A DNA stretch of 64,000 nucleotides from an uncultured Candidatus Bathyarchaeia archaeon. GTDB lineage: Archaea; Thermoproteota; CALKCG01; B24; DRYS01. Where the stretch lies: NCBI GenBank assembly GCA_964491605.1, contig CAZBGY010000003.1, forward strand, positions 24,678-88,677, given 5' to 3'. Position numbers and translations under genes: made by a program. Shown here piece after piece: positions 52,038 through 63,060 of the stretch; the first letter of the stretch is position 1, and the number at the start of each line of letters is the position of its first letter. The notes under the pieces were generated by a model. That model did not search any database and was not told where the DNA came from. It saw nothing but the letters and a program-made list of their open reading frames with translations.

Positions 52038-53156
52038 ATGAATAGAGTGGGCCTAGTATATGATAAGCTGACATCGGATGAGGAGGAAATAATACTGGAA
52101 GCTGAGAGGAGAGGCTTCCAACTCAGATATCTATTTGTTAAGAACCCTGTACAAGCGTATCTTCCAAGTTCTAAGCTTATAGATCTACCGGTTGTATTCA
52201 ATAGATGCGAGAGTAAGAGAAGAGCTCTAGAGGCAGGCAGGATAATCGAGGATAACGGTATACCTGTAGTAAATCCTTTCAAAGTTGAGTATCTATGCGC
52301 CGATAAGATAGAGACTTTAAAGTTATGGTTTAATAACGGTATAAATACACCTAGATGGGTATACGCATCTTTTACGGGGAGGGATGGATTTCTCGATAGC
52401 GAGATCGAAGATATAGCCGATGAAATCGAGAAGTTAGGGTATCCTATCGTAGTTAAACCTACTATGGGGAGCTGGGGTAGGGGAGTCGTGAAGATAGATG
52501 ATAGATGCAAGCTTATCGAGGCTCTACGTAATTCTCATCCATCACCTATAAATCCGGATGGATTCTTCGCTCAAGAGTATGTAGAGAAGCCAGGGTTCGA
52601 TCTACGTATACTCGTAGGTCTCAAACCTAGAGGTGATATTAAAGTTTTATGCGGAATAGCACGCATATCTCCATCACCTAAGGAGTTTAGAACTAATACT
52701 CATCTTGGCGGTATACCACTCGGGCTTAAACTAGATGAAAATTCGAAGATAGTCAAAGAAGCGGTGGATGCTGGTAAAATCCTACTGAATGGGTGTAAGT
52801 GGGGTGTGATAGCGTTGGACGCCATGCCTGATGCTAGAGGTGTAGATTACAGCATGATTTATAGGTATGTACCTGAATGTAATAATCTATTCCAGCAAAT
52901 TAGGAGACTTGTAGAGGAGAATAAGCAGTATAGATATAGATCTTGGAAACACCTTCTAGAGGATGCCTTCTTAAAATACAAATCTTCTGAAGCATATATC
53001 AAGATGGAGGCGATCGTACATGAAATCCTAGAGTTCTGCAAACTTAAATGGCATGAAGCTAATTCTAGGTTCGATTACGCGGTGAATACTCGTAACGCTT
53101 CGGGTTTCAACCCGGCTAAATTCTACCTAGATATAGCTGAAGATTTAGCTTACTAA
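52038..53156 (+). CDS. RimK-family ATP-grasp ligase (MptN/LysX/CofF-like) with C-terminal extension
   Basis: GYPIVVKPTMGSWGRGV ATP-grasp motif; preceding pre-ATP-grasp domain; 372 aa. Confidence 0.55.
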   Translation: MNRVGLVYDKLTSDEEEIILEAERRGFQLRYLFVKNPVQAYLPSSKLIDLPVVFNRCESKRRALEAGRIIEDNGIPVVNPFKVEYLCADKIETLKLWFNNGINTPRWVYASFTGRDGFLDSEIEDIADEIEKLGYPIVVKPTMGSWGRGVVKIDDRCKLIEALRNSHPSPINPDGFFAQEYVEKPGFDLRILVGLKPRGDIKVLCGIARISPSPKEFRTNTHLGGIPLGLKLDENSKIVKEAVDAGKILLNGCKWGVIALDAMPDARGVDYSMIYRYVPECNNLFQQIRRLVEENKQYRYRSWKHLLEDAFLKYKSSEAYIKMEAIVHEILEFCKLKWHEANSRFDYAVNTRNASGFNPAKFYLDIAEDLAY

Positions 53157-54506
53157 TCCCTCTACGAACTTCAACGTCGATAGCGCTACCCGCTCGGTTA
53201 ACTCTACGGCTTTACCGAGATAGTTAGCAGGTTTGAATAATTCATCTAGCTCTTCATCCGATAGATACTTCGATACCTCTGTATTCTTCAAAACCTCCTT
53301 CAGATGGACCCCCCTCTTCATAGCTTCCAAGCAGCTAACCCTTAATAGTTCATGAGCTTTCTGCCTATCATAACCTTTCCTAGTTAACGCTATCATAACA
53401 GCTTCAGAGAATATAAGCCCCATAGTAGCTTCTATATTCTTCATCATATTCTCAGGATACACTTTAAGGTTCGATAATACCTGGTACATCGTTTTAAGTT
53501 GTTCATCTAGTAGTAGGAATACTTCAGGTATCATAACCCTCTCGCATGAGCTATTAGTTAGATCCCTTTCATGCTCTTGAACTACATTCTCTAGGGAGGG
53601 TATAGCGAAACCTCTGAGGATCTTAGCTAGTCCGCATACCTTCTCGGATCTTATAGGATTCCTCTTATGCGGCATAGTACTCGAGCCGATCTGAGTGGTT
53701 TCTTCGAACGCTTCCTCAGCCTCTCTTATCTCTGTTCTATGTAGATTCCTAATCTCGTTAGCCATTTTATCTAAAGTCGATGATATAAGTGATAAGGTTA
53801 ATATCAACTCGGCTAAGCTATCTCTCGGAACGATCTGAGTCGTTATCTCAGCAGGCTTTAAACCGAGAATCTTCATAGCGTAATCCTGTATCTCGAAGGC
53901 TTTATCGCCGAAGCCAGCCATAGTCCCTACCGCACCTGTCAACTTACCTACACATATCCTATCCTTAAGCCCGTTCAATCTCTCTATATGCCTCTTAAGT
54001 TCTGAAGCCCATACGGCAAACTTGAAACCGAAAGTTATAGGTATCGCAGCTACACCATGAGTCCTACCCAAGCATATGGTATCCTTATACTTGAGAGCCA
54101 TCTCGGCGGTGAGTTTAGCTAGTCTAGCTAGATCCCTCTCCACCACTTTTAAAGCTTCCTTAATCTGTAATGCTAGAACGGTATCGGTTATATCGTTCGA
54201 AGTCGCTCCTAGATGCACATACCCGCCGTAGGGATCCCCGACGGCTTCAGCTAAAGCTTTAACAACTGCTACTACCTCATGCCTAGTTATAGCTTCTAGT
54301 TCATTCACCCTCTCAAGCTTAACATACTTGGTAGAAGCTTTACTCCTTATAGCTTCGGCTGCTTCCTTAGGGATATTGCCTACGGCTGCATGTGCATCGG
54401 CTAACGCGGCTTCAACCATAAGCATGTATTCAAGCCACATCTCCCTTTCGAAGATCTTACGCATCTCACGACTACCGTAACGGTATTCTATCGGGTGTAC
54501 CGGCAT
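53145..54506 (-). CDS. purB: Adenylosuccinate lyase
   Basis: Fumarate-lyase signature GSSTMPHKRNP. The likely start is the internal Met (MPVHPIEYRYGS), not the ORF-track start at 54566. Confidence 0.85.
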   Translation of the reverse strand: MPVHPIEYRYGSREMRKIFEREMWLEYMLMVEAALADAHAAVGNIPKEAAEAIRSKASTKYVKLERVNELEAITRHEVVAVVKALAEAVGDPYGGYVHLGATSNDITDTVLALQIKEALKVVERDLARLAKLTAEMALKYKDTICLGRTHGVAAIPITFGFKFAVWASELKRHIERLNGLKDRICVGKLTGAVGTMAGFGDKAFEIQDYAMKILGLKPAEITTQIVPRDSLAELILTLSLISSTLDKMANEIRNLHRTEIREAEEAFEETTQIGSSTMPHKRNPIRSEKVCGLAKILRGFAIPSLENVVQEHERDLTNSSCERVMIPEVFLLLDEQLKTMYQVLSNLKVYPENMMKNIEATMGLIFSEAVMIALTRKGYDRQKAHELLRVSCLEAMKRGVHLKEVLKNTEVSKYLSDEELDELFKPANYLGKAVELTERVALSTLKFVEGLVS

Positions 54507-54582
54507 GTAGTACCAGCCCCGCCGCCATGAAATATATGAAGGAACAACTAATAAACCTAGGTGCACGTTATCTGATGGTGAA

Positions 54583-55644
54583 ATGACTACAGCGATATTC
54601 TACGACCCCATATTCCTAGAACATGATACGGGCTATGGACATCCGGAATCAGCCGATAGACTCAACTCTATAATTAGAGGACTTAGGGAACACGGCATAC
54701 TTGAAGATCAGAGGTTTAAGGTTCTAAAACCGAGCAAAGCATCCATAGATGAGATAAGCCTTATACATGATCCAGACTATATCAGATTCATGGATGATTT
54801 CTGCAGAAGAGGTGGAGGAATCGTCGGGACTTGGGGTGGAGGTATCGTATGCAGCTCAAAGAGTTTCGAAGCTGCATGCTATGCCGTAGGCGCGGCTCTA
54901 GATGCTGTTAGGCTATCCGTAGATGGGGTGTATCCTAGATCTTTCTGTTTAGTAAGACCTCCAGGACATCACGCCGAGTATAATTATCCATACGGCTTCT
55001 GCATGTTCAATAATATCGCTATAGCGGCGGCGTATCTCCTAAAGTATAGAGGGGTTGATAGGATTATGATAATCGACTTGGATGCTCACCATGGAAACGG
55101 TACACAGCATGCATTCTACGATTCATCCAAGGTGCTCTACGTAAGTATACACCAAGACGCTATATTCCCTGGAACAGGATTTATCGATGAAGTAGGCGTA
55201 GGCGATGGTGAGGGGTATACGTTAAATATACCGGTACCCGCATATACTGATGCAGAAGTATATCTGCAAGCGATACATAAAATAATTAAGCCTATAGCTA
55301 TAGAATATAAGCCTGAGATCATACTCGTCTCAGCAGGTTTCGATCCCTATTACGATGACCCTATAACAGATCTGGGAGTAACCCTGGAAGGGTTCAGGGA
55401 TATATACAGAGAGGTTATCAATCTAGCAGATATATGCTCTGGGAGGATAGTATTCTGCCTTGAAGGTGGATATAATCTGGAATGCTTGAGGGTAGCGGTC
55501 GCATCGGTCATCGCTTTAATGGAAGGTATAGAGTTCAAGCTACCTAAGGAGGAGGTATACCCGCCGGGCTATCTTAAGAAAGAGGCTCTCTCTATAGTAG
55601 AGAGAGTGAAAGAGATTGCATCATCGTATTGGAGGATACGTTAA
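54583..55644 (+). CDS. Histone deacetylase/acetoin-utilization (AcuC) family protein
   Basis: PPGHHA, DLDAHHGNGT and GFDP motifs of the arginase/deacetylase fold. Confidence 0.8.
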   Translation: MTTAIFYDPIFLEHDTGYGHPESADRLNSIIRGLREHGILEDQRFKVLKPSKASIDEISLIHDPDYIRFMDDFCRRGGGIVGTWGGGIVCSSKSFEAACYAVGAALDAVRLSVDGVYPRSFCLVRPPGHHAEYNYPYGFCMFNNIAIAAAYLLKYRGVDRIMIIDLDAHHGNGTQHAFYDSSKVLYVSIHQDAIFPGTGFIDEVGVGDGEGYTLNIPVPAYTDAEVYLQAIHKIIKPIAIEYKPEIILVSAGFDPYYDDPITDLGVTLEGFRDIYREVINLADICSGRIVFCLEGGYNLECLRVAVASVIALMEGIEFKLPKEEVYPPGYLKKEALSIVERVKEIASSYWRIR

Positions 55645-55717
55645 CTTCGAATCATGATTCAGCGAGATGGGTAAATATTTATATGAACGAGATACCCTTT
55701 CAGGATAGAGTACCCGT

Positions 55718-56359
55718 ATGTATTATAGAGTGAGCAGCGTTAAGAAGATCTTAGAGGAGCAGAGGAAGAAGGCTTCGATAGAGGAGTTTCTAAGGAATTA
55801 TCTTAAGGACACCGGGTTTGGAGGCGTCAGCATTTTAACGACACCGTTAGGTACACGAGTAACACTGTATGTGATGCGACCTGGTATGGTGATCGGTAGA
55901 GGCGGACAGAATATAATGATGCTATCGAAGCTGCTTGAAGAAAGGTTTGGGTTAGAGAACGTTCAGATAGCGGTCGCGGATGTACCTAAACCTGAGTTGG
56001 ATCCCTACATAATGGCATGCCAGATAGCAGCGGCTATGGAGAGGGGGATAAAGTTTCGTAGAGCAGCTTATTGGGCTCTCAACCGTATAATGAGCGCTGG
56101 AGCTTTAGGTGTTGAGATAAAAATTTCTGGTAAACTTACATCGGAGAGAGCTAGGACTGAGGCTTTCCGCGCCGGATATCTGCCTAAATCTGGAGATCCA
56201 GCTATGAAGAATCTTAAGTCAGCTTCTGTACAAGTTCTACTGAAGCCAGGTATCTACGGGGTGAAAGTATCCATCCTACCTCCTGATGCTAAATTCCCAG
56301 ATAAGATCGAGTTTGTAGCCGAGGAGAAGGCTGCGGTGGAGGAGGTAAGCGAAACTTGA
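55718..56359 (+). CDS. rps3: Ribosomal protein S3 (uS3)
   Basis: KH domain GMVIGRGGQNI; position at the head of the r-protein operon. Confidence 0.9.
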   Translation: MYYRVSSVKKILEEQRKKASIEEFLRNYLKDTGFGGVSILTTPLGTRVTLYVMRPGMVIGRGGQNIMMLSKLLEERFGLENVQIAVADVPKPELDPYIMACQIAAAMERGIKFRRAAYWALNRIMSAGALGVEIKISGKLTSERARTEAFRAGYLPKSGDPAMKNLKSASVQVLLKPGIYGVKVSILPPDAKFPDKIEFVAEEKAAVEEVSET

Positions 56360-56571
56360 CTATACTACGGGTTAAAGATATCAGGGCTATGAGTAGCGCC
56401 GAGAGGAGACGGAAGCTACTGGAGCTACGAAATGAGTTGATGAAGATGGTAGCTACGGTTAAATCTGGAGGGGCGGTAGAGAATCCAGGCCGTATAAGGG
56501 AGCTTAGAAGGGCTATAGCTCGCATACTTACCGTAGAGAGAGAGGAGCAGATTAGGAGGTTGAAGAAGTGA
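56356..56571 (+). CDS. rpl29: Ribosomal protein L29 (uL29)
   Basis: 71 aa helical protein; LRNELMK pattern; overlaps neighbouring genes. Confidence 0.8.
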   Translation: MTILRVKDIRAMSSAERRRKLLELRNELMKMVATVKSGGAVENPGRIRELRRAIARILTVEREEQIRRLKK

Positions 56572-56840
56572 TGCCCATAACTCCATACAATATAGTTAGA
56601 CATGAGCTTATAGGTTTGGAGGTTAAAGTTTCAGCTTCATCTAACCCCTATCTTAAAGGCATCTCCGGTATAGTTGTCGACGAGACGAAGAATATGCTTA
56701 TCGTGGAGGGAGCCGATGGAAGAGTTCGAAAAATACCTAAATCCTGCTGTAGATTTAAGTTCAAGATATCCGCGGATCTTATAGTCGAAGTTGATGGGAA
56801 GCTACTAGTAGGTAGGCCTGAAGAGAGGCTTACGAGGTAG
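56568..56840 (+). CDS. rnp1: RNase P protein component 1 (Rpp29/Pop4)
   Basis: ELIGLEVKV...GISGIVVDETKNMLIVE pattern; canonical position between L29 and S17. Confidence 0.75.
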   Translation: MMPITPYNIVRHELIGLEVKVSASSNPYLKGISGIVVDETKNMLIVEGADGRVRKIPKSCCRFKFKISADLIVEVDGKLLVGRPEERLTR

Positions 56841-56846
56841 AACTGT

Positions 56847-57164
56847 ATGAGTACATCTCACCAATCTGTATGCAACGATAGGGATTGCCCATTCCACGGA
56901 TCTCTTAGGATTAGAGGCAGGGTTCTAGAAGGAGTTATCGTAAAGTCTAAAGCTAGTAAGATGGTGGTAGTGGAGAGGGAGTATCTACACTATGTTCCAA
57001 AGTATATGCGTTACGAGAGACGCAGGAGTAGGATACATGCCCACAATCCTCCTTGCATCAACGCTAAGGTAGGGGATAGGGTTAAAATAGCTGAATGTAG
57101 ACCTATAAGTAAGACCGTATCCTTCGTCGTTATAGAGAAGAGGGAGGGAGAAAAGGTTGTCTAG
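56847..57164 (+). CDS. rps17: Ribosomal protein S17 (uS17)
   Basis: [15 protein letters not shown] motif. Confidence 0.85.
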   Translation: MSTSHQSVCNDRDCPFHGSLRIRGRVLEGVIVKSKASKMVVVEREYLHYVPKYMRYERRRSRIHAHNPPCINAKVGDRVKIAECRPISKTVSFVVIEKREGEKVV

Positions 57165-57615
57165 TAGGAGACCTACTAGAGGTACAGGTAGATCTAGAGC
57201 TGTATCAGCTAAAGCTGTCGAGGTACATAAGCCACATATACCCAGAGCACTCCCGATAGGAGCACATCTTGTATGCGCTGATAATAGCGGTGCTAAGGAG
57301 GTTAAATTGATAGGTGTCATAGGGTATAAAGGTAGGCTTAGAAGACTTCCAGCAGCAGCGGTAGGGGATATGGTTGTCGTATCGGTGAAGAAGGGTGTGA
57401 CGGAGCTTAGAGGCCAAGTTTTCTACGCTGCTGTGATAAGGCAGAAGCAGCCGTACCGTCGAGCTGATGGTACATGGATATGCTTCGAAGATAACGCTGT
57501 AGTACTCCTCACACCTGAGGGCGATGTTAAAGGTAGCGAGGTAAGGGGGCCAATAGCTTTAGAAGCTGCTGAGAGATGGCCGCAGATAGCTTCCATAGCA
57601 TCTATGGTGGTATAG
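57157..57615 (+). CDS. rpl14: Ribosomal protein L14 (uL14)
   Basis: CADNSGAKE motif. Confidence 0.9.
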   Translation: MSSRRPTRGTGRSRAVSAKAVEVHKPHIPRALPIGAHLVCADNSGAKEVKLIGVIGYKGRLRRLPAAAVGDMVVVSVKKGVTELRGQVFYAAVIRQKQPYRRADGTWICFEDNAVVLLTPEGDVKGSEVRGPIALEAAERWPQIASIASMVV

Positions 57616-57617
57616 TT

Positions 57618-58016
57618 ATGAGCAAGAAGATCTCTGGATCTAAGCGGAGGAAGCAGAGGAAGCGTTACTTTGAAGCACCAATCCACCGCGTACGTAAGAT
57701 GATGTCTGCAACCCTTTCAGATGAGCTTAGAGATAGGTATGGAATCAGATCCTTCCCTGTACGTAAAGGTGATGTTGTGAAGGTTTTAAGAGGGGATTAT
57801 AAAGGTGTAACAGGGACTGTTATTAGGGTCGATTATAAGAAGAGAAGGATATATGTGGATGGAGTAGTTAGACAGAAGGTTAGCGGCGAGAGTACGCATG
57901 TAGCCATCCACCCATCTAAGGTTATGATAACTAAGCTTAACCTGGACGATAAGCGTAGAGTGGAGGCTTTAGAGCGGACTTCTAAAGTTAAAGCCGCAGC
58001 CGTGGGAGGAAGCTAG
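57618..58016 (+). CDS. rpl24: Ribosomal protein L24 (uL24)
   Basis: KOW motif VRKGDVVKVLRGDYKG; start placed at the internal Met (MSKKIS) right after the L14 stop. Confidence 0.8.
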   Translation: MSKKISGSKRRKQRKRYFEAPIHRVRKMMSATLSDELRDRYGIRSFPVRKGDVVKVLRGDYKGVTGTVIRVDYKKRRIYVDGVVRQKVSGESTHVAIHPSKVMITKLNLDDKRRVEALERTSKVKAAAVGGS

Positions 58017-58017
58017 T

Positions 58018-58794
58018 TTGGGTAGGATGGGTGGTTCTAGGCATCTAAAGAGGTTAGTAGCTCCATCTATATGGCCGATCCCGAAGAAGAAGTTTAAATG
58101 GGTAGTTAAACCTTCTCCAGGTCCACATCAGGCGGATTACAGCATACCGTTAACAATCATCCTAAGGGATATACTCGGCTACGCGAATAATATGCGTGAG
58201 GTACGCTTCATACTCAACAACAAAATGGTTTTAATAGATGGTGTAGCTAGATGCGATCCGGGATTCCCGGTAGGTATCATGGATGTCGTATCTATACCTA
58301 AAACAGAAGAGCACTACCGTATCCTACCAGATAGGAGCGGGCGATTGATACTACATCGTATAAGTGATGCTGAAGCACGGTTTAAGCTATGTAAGATTAT
58401 AGGTAAAACTATGCTTAAGAAAGGACGCTTACAATTGAATCTACATGATGGGAGAAATATACTGGTGAGATTATCGGATCCCATGCATCCCGTGGAAGAT
58501 GTCTATCACGTCCACGACGCCCTCCAGTTATCTATACCTGAAAACACTTTGATGACACATATACCGTTGAAGGAGGGCACGTTATGCCTTATAATTAAAG
58601 GAAGTAACGTTGGTCGTACAGGGTATATAATCGAGAAGATACCTGGTAGCCTCACCTCTCATCCTAGAGCTATACTCGAAGATGAATATGGTGAAAGATT
58701 CGAAGCTATACTAGAATATGTATTTCCTATAGGTGTGGAGAAAGCACTCATATCCCTTCCGAAAACTGTAGCGGAGGCTGCTAGACGTGGTTAA
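58018..58794 (+). CDS. rps4e: Ribosomal protein S4e (eS4)
   Basis: MGRMGGSRHLKRLVAP N-terminus. Confidence 0.9.
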   Translation: MGRMGGSRHLKRLVAPSIWPIPKKKFKWVVKPSPGPHQADYSIPLTIILRDILGYANNMREVRFILNNKMVLIDGVARCDPGFPVGIMDVVSIPKTEEHYRILPDRSGRLILHRISDAEARFKLCKIIGKTMLKKGRLQLNLHDGRNILVRLSDPMHPVEDVYHVHDALQLSIPENTLMTHIPLKEGTLCLIIKGSNVGRTGYIIEKIPGSLTSHPRAILEDEYGERFEAILEYVFPIGVEKALISLPKTVAEAARRG

Positions 58795-59290
58795 CCCTAC
58801 GTACGATAACCCGATGCGTACACCTAGGATACTCAAAGTAGTAGTTCACTCATGTGTAGGGGAATCTGGAGCCCCGTTAGAGAAGGCTATGAAGATACTT
58901 GAAGAACTTACAGGTGCTAAACCCTGCATTAGGAAAGCTAAACGCACTATAAGAGATTTCGGTATACACCGCGGCGAACCGATAGCCTGCATGGTAACTT
59001 TAAGGGGTATTAAAGCTGTAGAATTCTTGAAGAAAGCTTTAACCGCTGTAGGGAATAAAATTAAAGCTTCAAGCTTCGATGAATATGGAAATTTCAGTTT
59101 CGGTATAAAGGAACATCTAGATATCCCTGGTGTGAAGTATAAACCTGAACTCGGTACGATAGGTATGGATATATGCGTTCATATAGGTAGACCCGGATAC
59201 AACGTAGGTAGGATAGGAAGGAAGCATAGGGTAACGAAAGAGGAAGCCATAAACTTTATGAGGGAAGCTTTCGGTGTAGAAATTATATAA
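58787..59290 (+). CDS. rpl5: Ribosomal protein L5 (uL5)
   Basis: Typical uL5 pattern, including GMDICV. Confidence 0.9.
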   Translation: MVNPTYDNPMRTPRILKVVVHSCVGESGAPLEKAMKILEELTGAKPCIRKAKRTIRDFGIHRGEPIACMVTLRGIKAVEFLKKALTAVGNKIKASSFDEYGNFSFGIKEHLDIPGVKYKPELGTIGMDICVHIGRPGYNVGRIGRKHRVTKEEAINFMREAFGVEII

Positions 59291-59816
59291 TCCTCCTTCA
59301 AGCTTTACACTCATTCATTCCGTCTGAATTAAATATTCTTAGTATTCTAGTATGAACCTCGGAGAATTCCGCTTCCCAGGAACTTCCCCCTTAAATGGAT
59401 GAGGAGCTAAGAGACTCCTCATGAATACACTCTACTACTTCCCTGTCGATAAGATTTTAGGTATAGTAGCCGATCTTTTAGGAGAATGCGCCGAAAAGCA
59501 TATGATTAAGAATAATGAAGCTGTAGAGATCGTTAAGATGTAGTTCTATGAGGATTCGGAACCCATACCGGCTTAAAGTCTAAAGCAAGGGAATATTAAA
59601 GGATACCTCCAAAGTATATCAATCTTTCCTGGATCTACTTCCCATTAAAGTTGTAGATGAATCCTTCAGAATCTTCTGTACACCCGATGAACGGATAGCT
59701 TTGAAGGGTAGGAGAAGGGGGTGGGAAGCACTATAGCATCTAATTCGAGGGGGAAATGCTTTTTAGGAAGAGAGGCTATGATGCTTTAGAGAGTTAAGGG
59801 GGAAGGAGCTTAAGGT

Positions 59817-59981
59817 ATGGCTAAACATAGACCTCCTAAGGAGAGAAAGTTTGGGAAGGGTAGTCGTAGGTGTAGGCGTTGTGGTAGTCATGAAGCTGTA
59901 ATCCAAGCATATAATCTCATGTATTGTAGGAGATGTTTCCGAGAGATAGCCCCTCTTCTAGGTTTTAAGAAGTTTGATTAA
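59817..59981 (+). CDS. rps14: Ribosomal protein S14 (uS14, zinc-binding type)
   Basis: 54 aa, below the ORF-track cutoff: [54 protein letters not shown], with a CxxC...CxxC zinc finger. Confidence 0.8.
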   Translation: MAKHRPPKERKFGKGSRRCRRCGSHEAVIQAYNLMYCRRCFREIAPLLGFKKFD

Positions 59982-59996
59982 GGATGCTGATACGAT

Positions 59997-60389
59997 ATGG
60001 TCATGGTTGATCCACTATCGAACGCCATAGCTATAATAGATAACGCTGAGAGGCGTAGGAAGAAGGAGTGCATAATAGCGCCTGCATCTAAGCTGATAGG
60101 CGAGGTTCTACGCGTAATGCAGAAGCATGGGTATATCGGTGAATTCGAATACATAGATGATGGATACAACGGCAAGTTTAGAGTACAGCTACTCGGACGT
60201 ATAAATAGGTGTAAAGCTATTAGGCCGCGATTTTCTGTACGAAACGATGAGATACTCGATTTTGCTCGTAGATATCTACCCTCACGTGATCTAGGTATAC
60301 TTATACTTACAACCCCTAAAGGCGTTATGACGCATAGGGAAGCTTTAGCTTCAGGTATAGGCGGTAAGCTGCTAGCTTTCGTATACTAG
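59997..60389 (+). CDS. rps8: Ribosomal protein S8 (uS8)
   Basis: DPLSNAI...NAERR N-terminus. Confidence 0.9.
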   Translation: MVMVDPLSNAIAIIDNAERRRKKECIIAPASKLIGEVLRVMQKHGYIGEFEYIDDGYNGKFRVQLLGRINRCKAIRPRFSVRNDEILDFARRYLPSRDLGILILTTPKGVMTHREALASGIGGKLLAFVY

Positions 60390-60400
60390 GAGGGATCTAT

Positions 60401-60960
<560 letters not shown>

Positions 60961-60961
<1 letters not shown>

Positions 60962-61401
60962 TGAGCGGGGAGACTCAGCAGACTGAGAAGCCATCTATAC
61001 CTAAACCGAGACTCTCGGATAGGGAACGGTATCTACTTAGGTTGAGAATGGAGCGAAGAGTGAAATTCGTTAGACAGGAAAGTTGGAGGTATGTACGTGT
61101 TAAGGATAAGTGGAGAAAGCCTAGAGGTGTTTCCAGTAAGATGAGGCGCCGTATGAGAGGATGGCCTAGGATAGTATCAATAGGTTATGGTGCACCTAGA
61201 GCTATCAAAGGACTTCATCCATCAGGTTTCAGAGAGATTTTAGTGTACAACGAGAAGGAGCTTGAGGGGCTGAACCCGCATAGGGATGCTATCCGTATAG
61301 CCCATACGGTAGGTATGAGGAAGAGGAGGCTTATACTCGAGAAGGCTAGGCAGCTTGGATTGAAGGTTTTAAACCCAGGTATCATAGCAGAGGTGGGGTG
61401 A
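60961..61401 (+). CDS. rpl32e: Ribosomal protein L32e (eL32)
   Basis: WRKPRG...GYGAPR motifs. Confidence 0.85.
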
Positions 61402-61402
61402 G

Positions 61403-61837
61403 ATGAAGGTAGATGTGCAACGTCGTATAGCTGCATCTCTACTCGGAGTAGGCTATCATAGGATATGGATAGATCCCGAGAGGATGGAGGATGTGCAATC
61501 TGCTATAACTAGAGGTGATGTAAGGGCTTTAGTGAAAGATGGAGTGATAAGAGTTAAGCCGGTTAAGGGTACGAGCAGGGCGAGGGTTAATAAGCGTAGA
61601 AGAGGGGTTGGAAGTGTTAAGGGTAGTTCTAAATCTAGGATGGATGAAGGACAGATGTGGGTTGCACGTATAAGAGCTCTGCGAAGGGAATTGAAGAGGC
61701 TTAGGGAGAGGCGTATAATAACTAGGTCTACTTACAGGTATCTCTACCGTTTAGCTAAAGGTAATGTATTCCGCTCTGTTAGGGATCTTAGAAGCTACAT
61801 ATATAGCCATGGATTGGCTAGGAGGCTACCTATATGA
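61403..61837 (+). CDS. rpl19e: Ribosomal protein L19e (eL19)
   Basis: QRRIAASLLGVG...IWIDP N-terminus. Confidence 0.85.
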   Translation: MKVDVQRRIAASLLGVGYHRIWIDPERMEDVQSAITRGDVRALVKDGVIRVKPVKGTSRARVNKRRRGVGSVKGSSKSRMDEGQMWVARIRALRRELKRLRERRIITRSTYRYLYRLAKGNVFRSVRDLRSYIYSHGLARRLPI

Positions 61838-62430
61838 TAGGGAGGGTTGTTCTTCCGCTTAAACGTATGAGGCTCGGTTTAACAGATTATAGACGTAGAA
61901 GGAAACTGATACTTTCAGGTTTACCTAGATTCACCGTGAGATTCTCGAATAGGTACATACTCATACAGCTGATAGAAGCTAGGCTGGGAGGGGATCATAC
62001 GATCACCTCATTCTACTCAAGAGAGCTGTCAACGAGGTATGGATGGAAAGCTTCATGTATAAATACGCCTGCGTCATACCTCTCAGGTTTAGTTGCAGGG
62101 TTTAGATCATTGAGAGCCGGGGTGGATAAAGCTGTACTAGATGTTAAGAGGTTTGGTAGAGGCTTCAGATGTTCCGCAGTACTTAAAGGAGCGCTCGATG
62201 CCGGTATGGATATACCACACGGCGACGATATATTCCCGAGCAAGTCTAGGATCAGAGGGGAGCATATCGCTAACTATGCAGCTCTACTAGAGAGGATGGA
62301 CCCGGAGATGTATCGTAGAAGGTTCAGTTCGTATTTAGCTAAAAGTTTGGATCCAAAAGATTTACCTAAACACTTCGATGAGGTTTATCGAGCTATAGTA
62401 GAATCCTTCAAGAGGGAGGGGGTGATCTGA
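61834..62430 (+). CDS. rpl18: Ribosomal protein L18 (uL18)
   Basis: RLxVxxSNRxIxxQLI pattern. Confidence 0.85.
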   Translation: MIGRVVLPLKRMRLGLTDYRRRRKLILSGLPRFTVRFSNRYILIQLIEARLGGDHTITSFYSRELSTRYGWKASCINTPASYLSGLVAGFRSLRAGVDKAVLDVKRFGRGFRCSAVLKGALDAGMDIPHGDDIFPSKSRIRGEHIANYAALLERMDPEMYRRRFSSYLAKSLDPKDLPKHFDEVYRAIVESFKREGVI

Positions 62431-63053
62431 TGGCATTTGATACGAGCGGATGGACGCCTAGAACTCAGCTAGGTGAGATAGTTAAGAAGGGGCTAGTGAC
62501 AAGTATAGATGAGATATTTGCTAGAGGATATAAGATAATGGAACCTGAGATAGTGGATGTACTGCTACCAGATATTCAGTACGAGATAGTATACACGACT
62601 ATAGTTCAGAAGCAGACTGATGCAGGTGAGAAATCACGTTTTAAAGTTATAGTAGCTGTAGGTAATGGCGACGGCTATATAGGTATAGGATCTGGTAAAG
62701 CGGCTCAATGGCGTGTAGCTGTAGAGAAATCTCTAAAGGAAGCTAAACTCAACATAACACCTGTTAGACGGGGATGCGGGTCATGGGAGTGTAGCTGCGA
62801 TCAACCCCACTCTGTACCATTCAAGGTTGTGGGTAAATGCGGTAGCGTTAGGTTCGAGATACTACCAGGACCTAGAGGTTTAGGACTCGTAGCTAATGAT
62901 ACATCCAAGATTCTACTCAGGTTAGCTGGTATAAAGGATTGCTGGACGAGGAGTAGGGGATCTACGAGAACTACTCAATCTCTTATATACGCTACGTTCA
63001 ATGCTTTAGCGAATACCTACCGTATAGTTACTCCGAGCGATTGGGTAAGGTGA
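62430..63053 (+). CDS. rps5: Ribosomal protein S5 (uS5)
   Basis: VAVGNGDGYIGIGSGKA motif. Confidence 0.9.
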   Translation: MAFDTSGWTPRTQLGEIVKKGLVTSIDEIFARGYKIMEPEIVDVLLPDIQYEIVYTTIVQKQTDAGEKSRFKVIVAVGNGDGYIGIGSGKAAQWRVAVEKSLKEAKLNITPVRRGCGSWECSCDQPHSVPFKVVGKCGSVRFEILPGPRGLGLVANDTSKILLRLAGIKDCWTRSRGSTRTTQSLIYATFNALANTYRIVTPSDWVR

Positions 63054-63060
63054 TAAAGTT

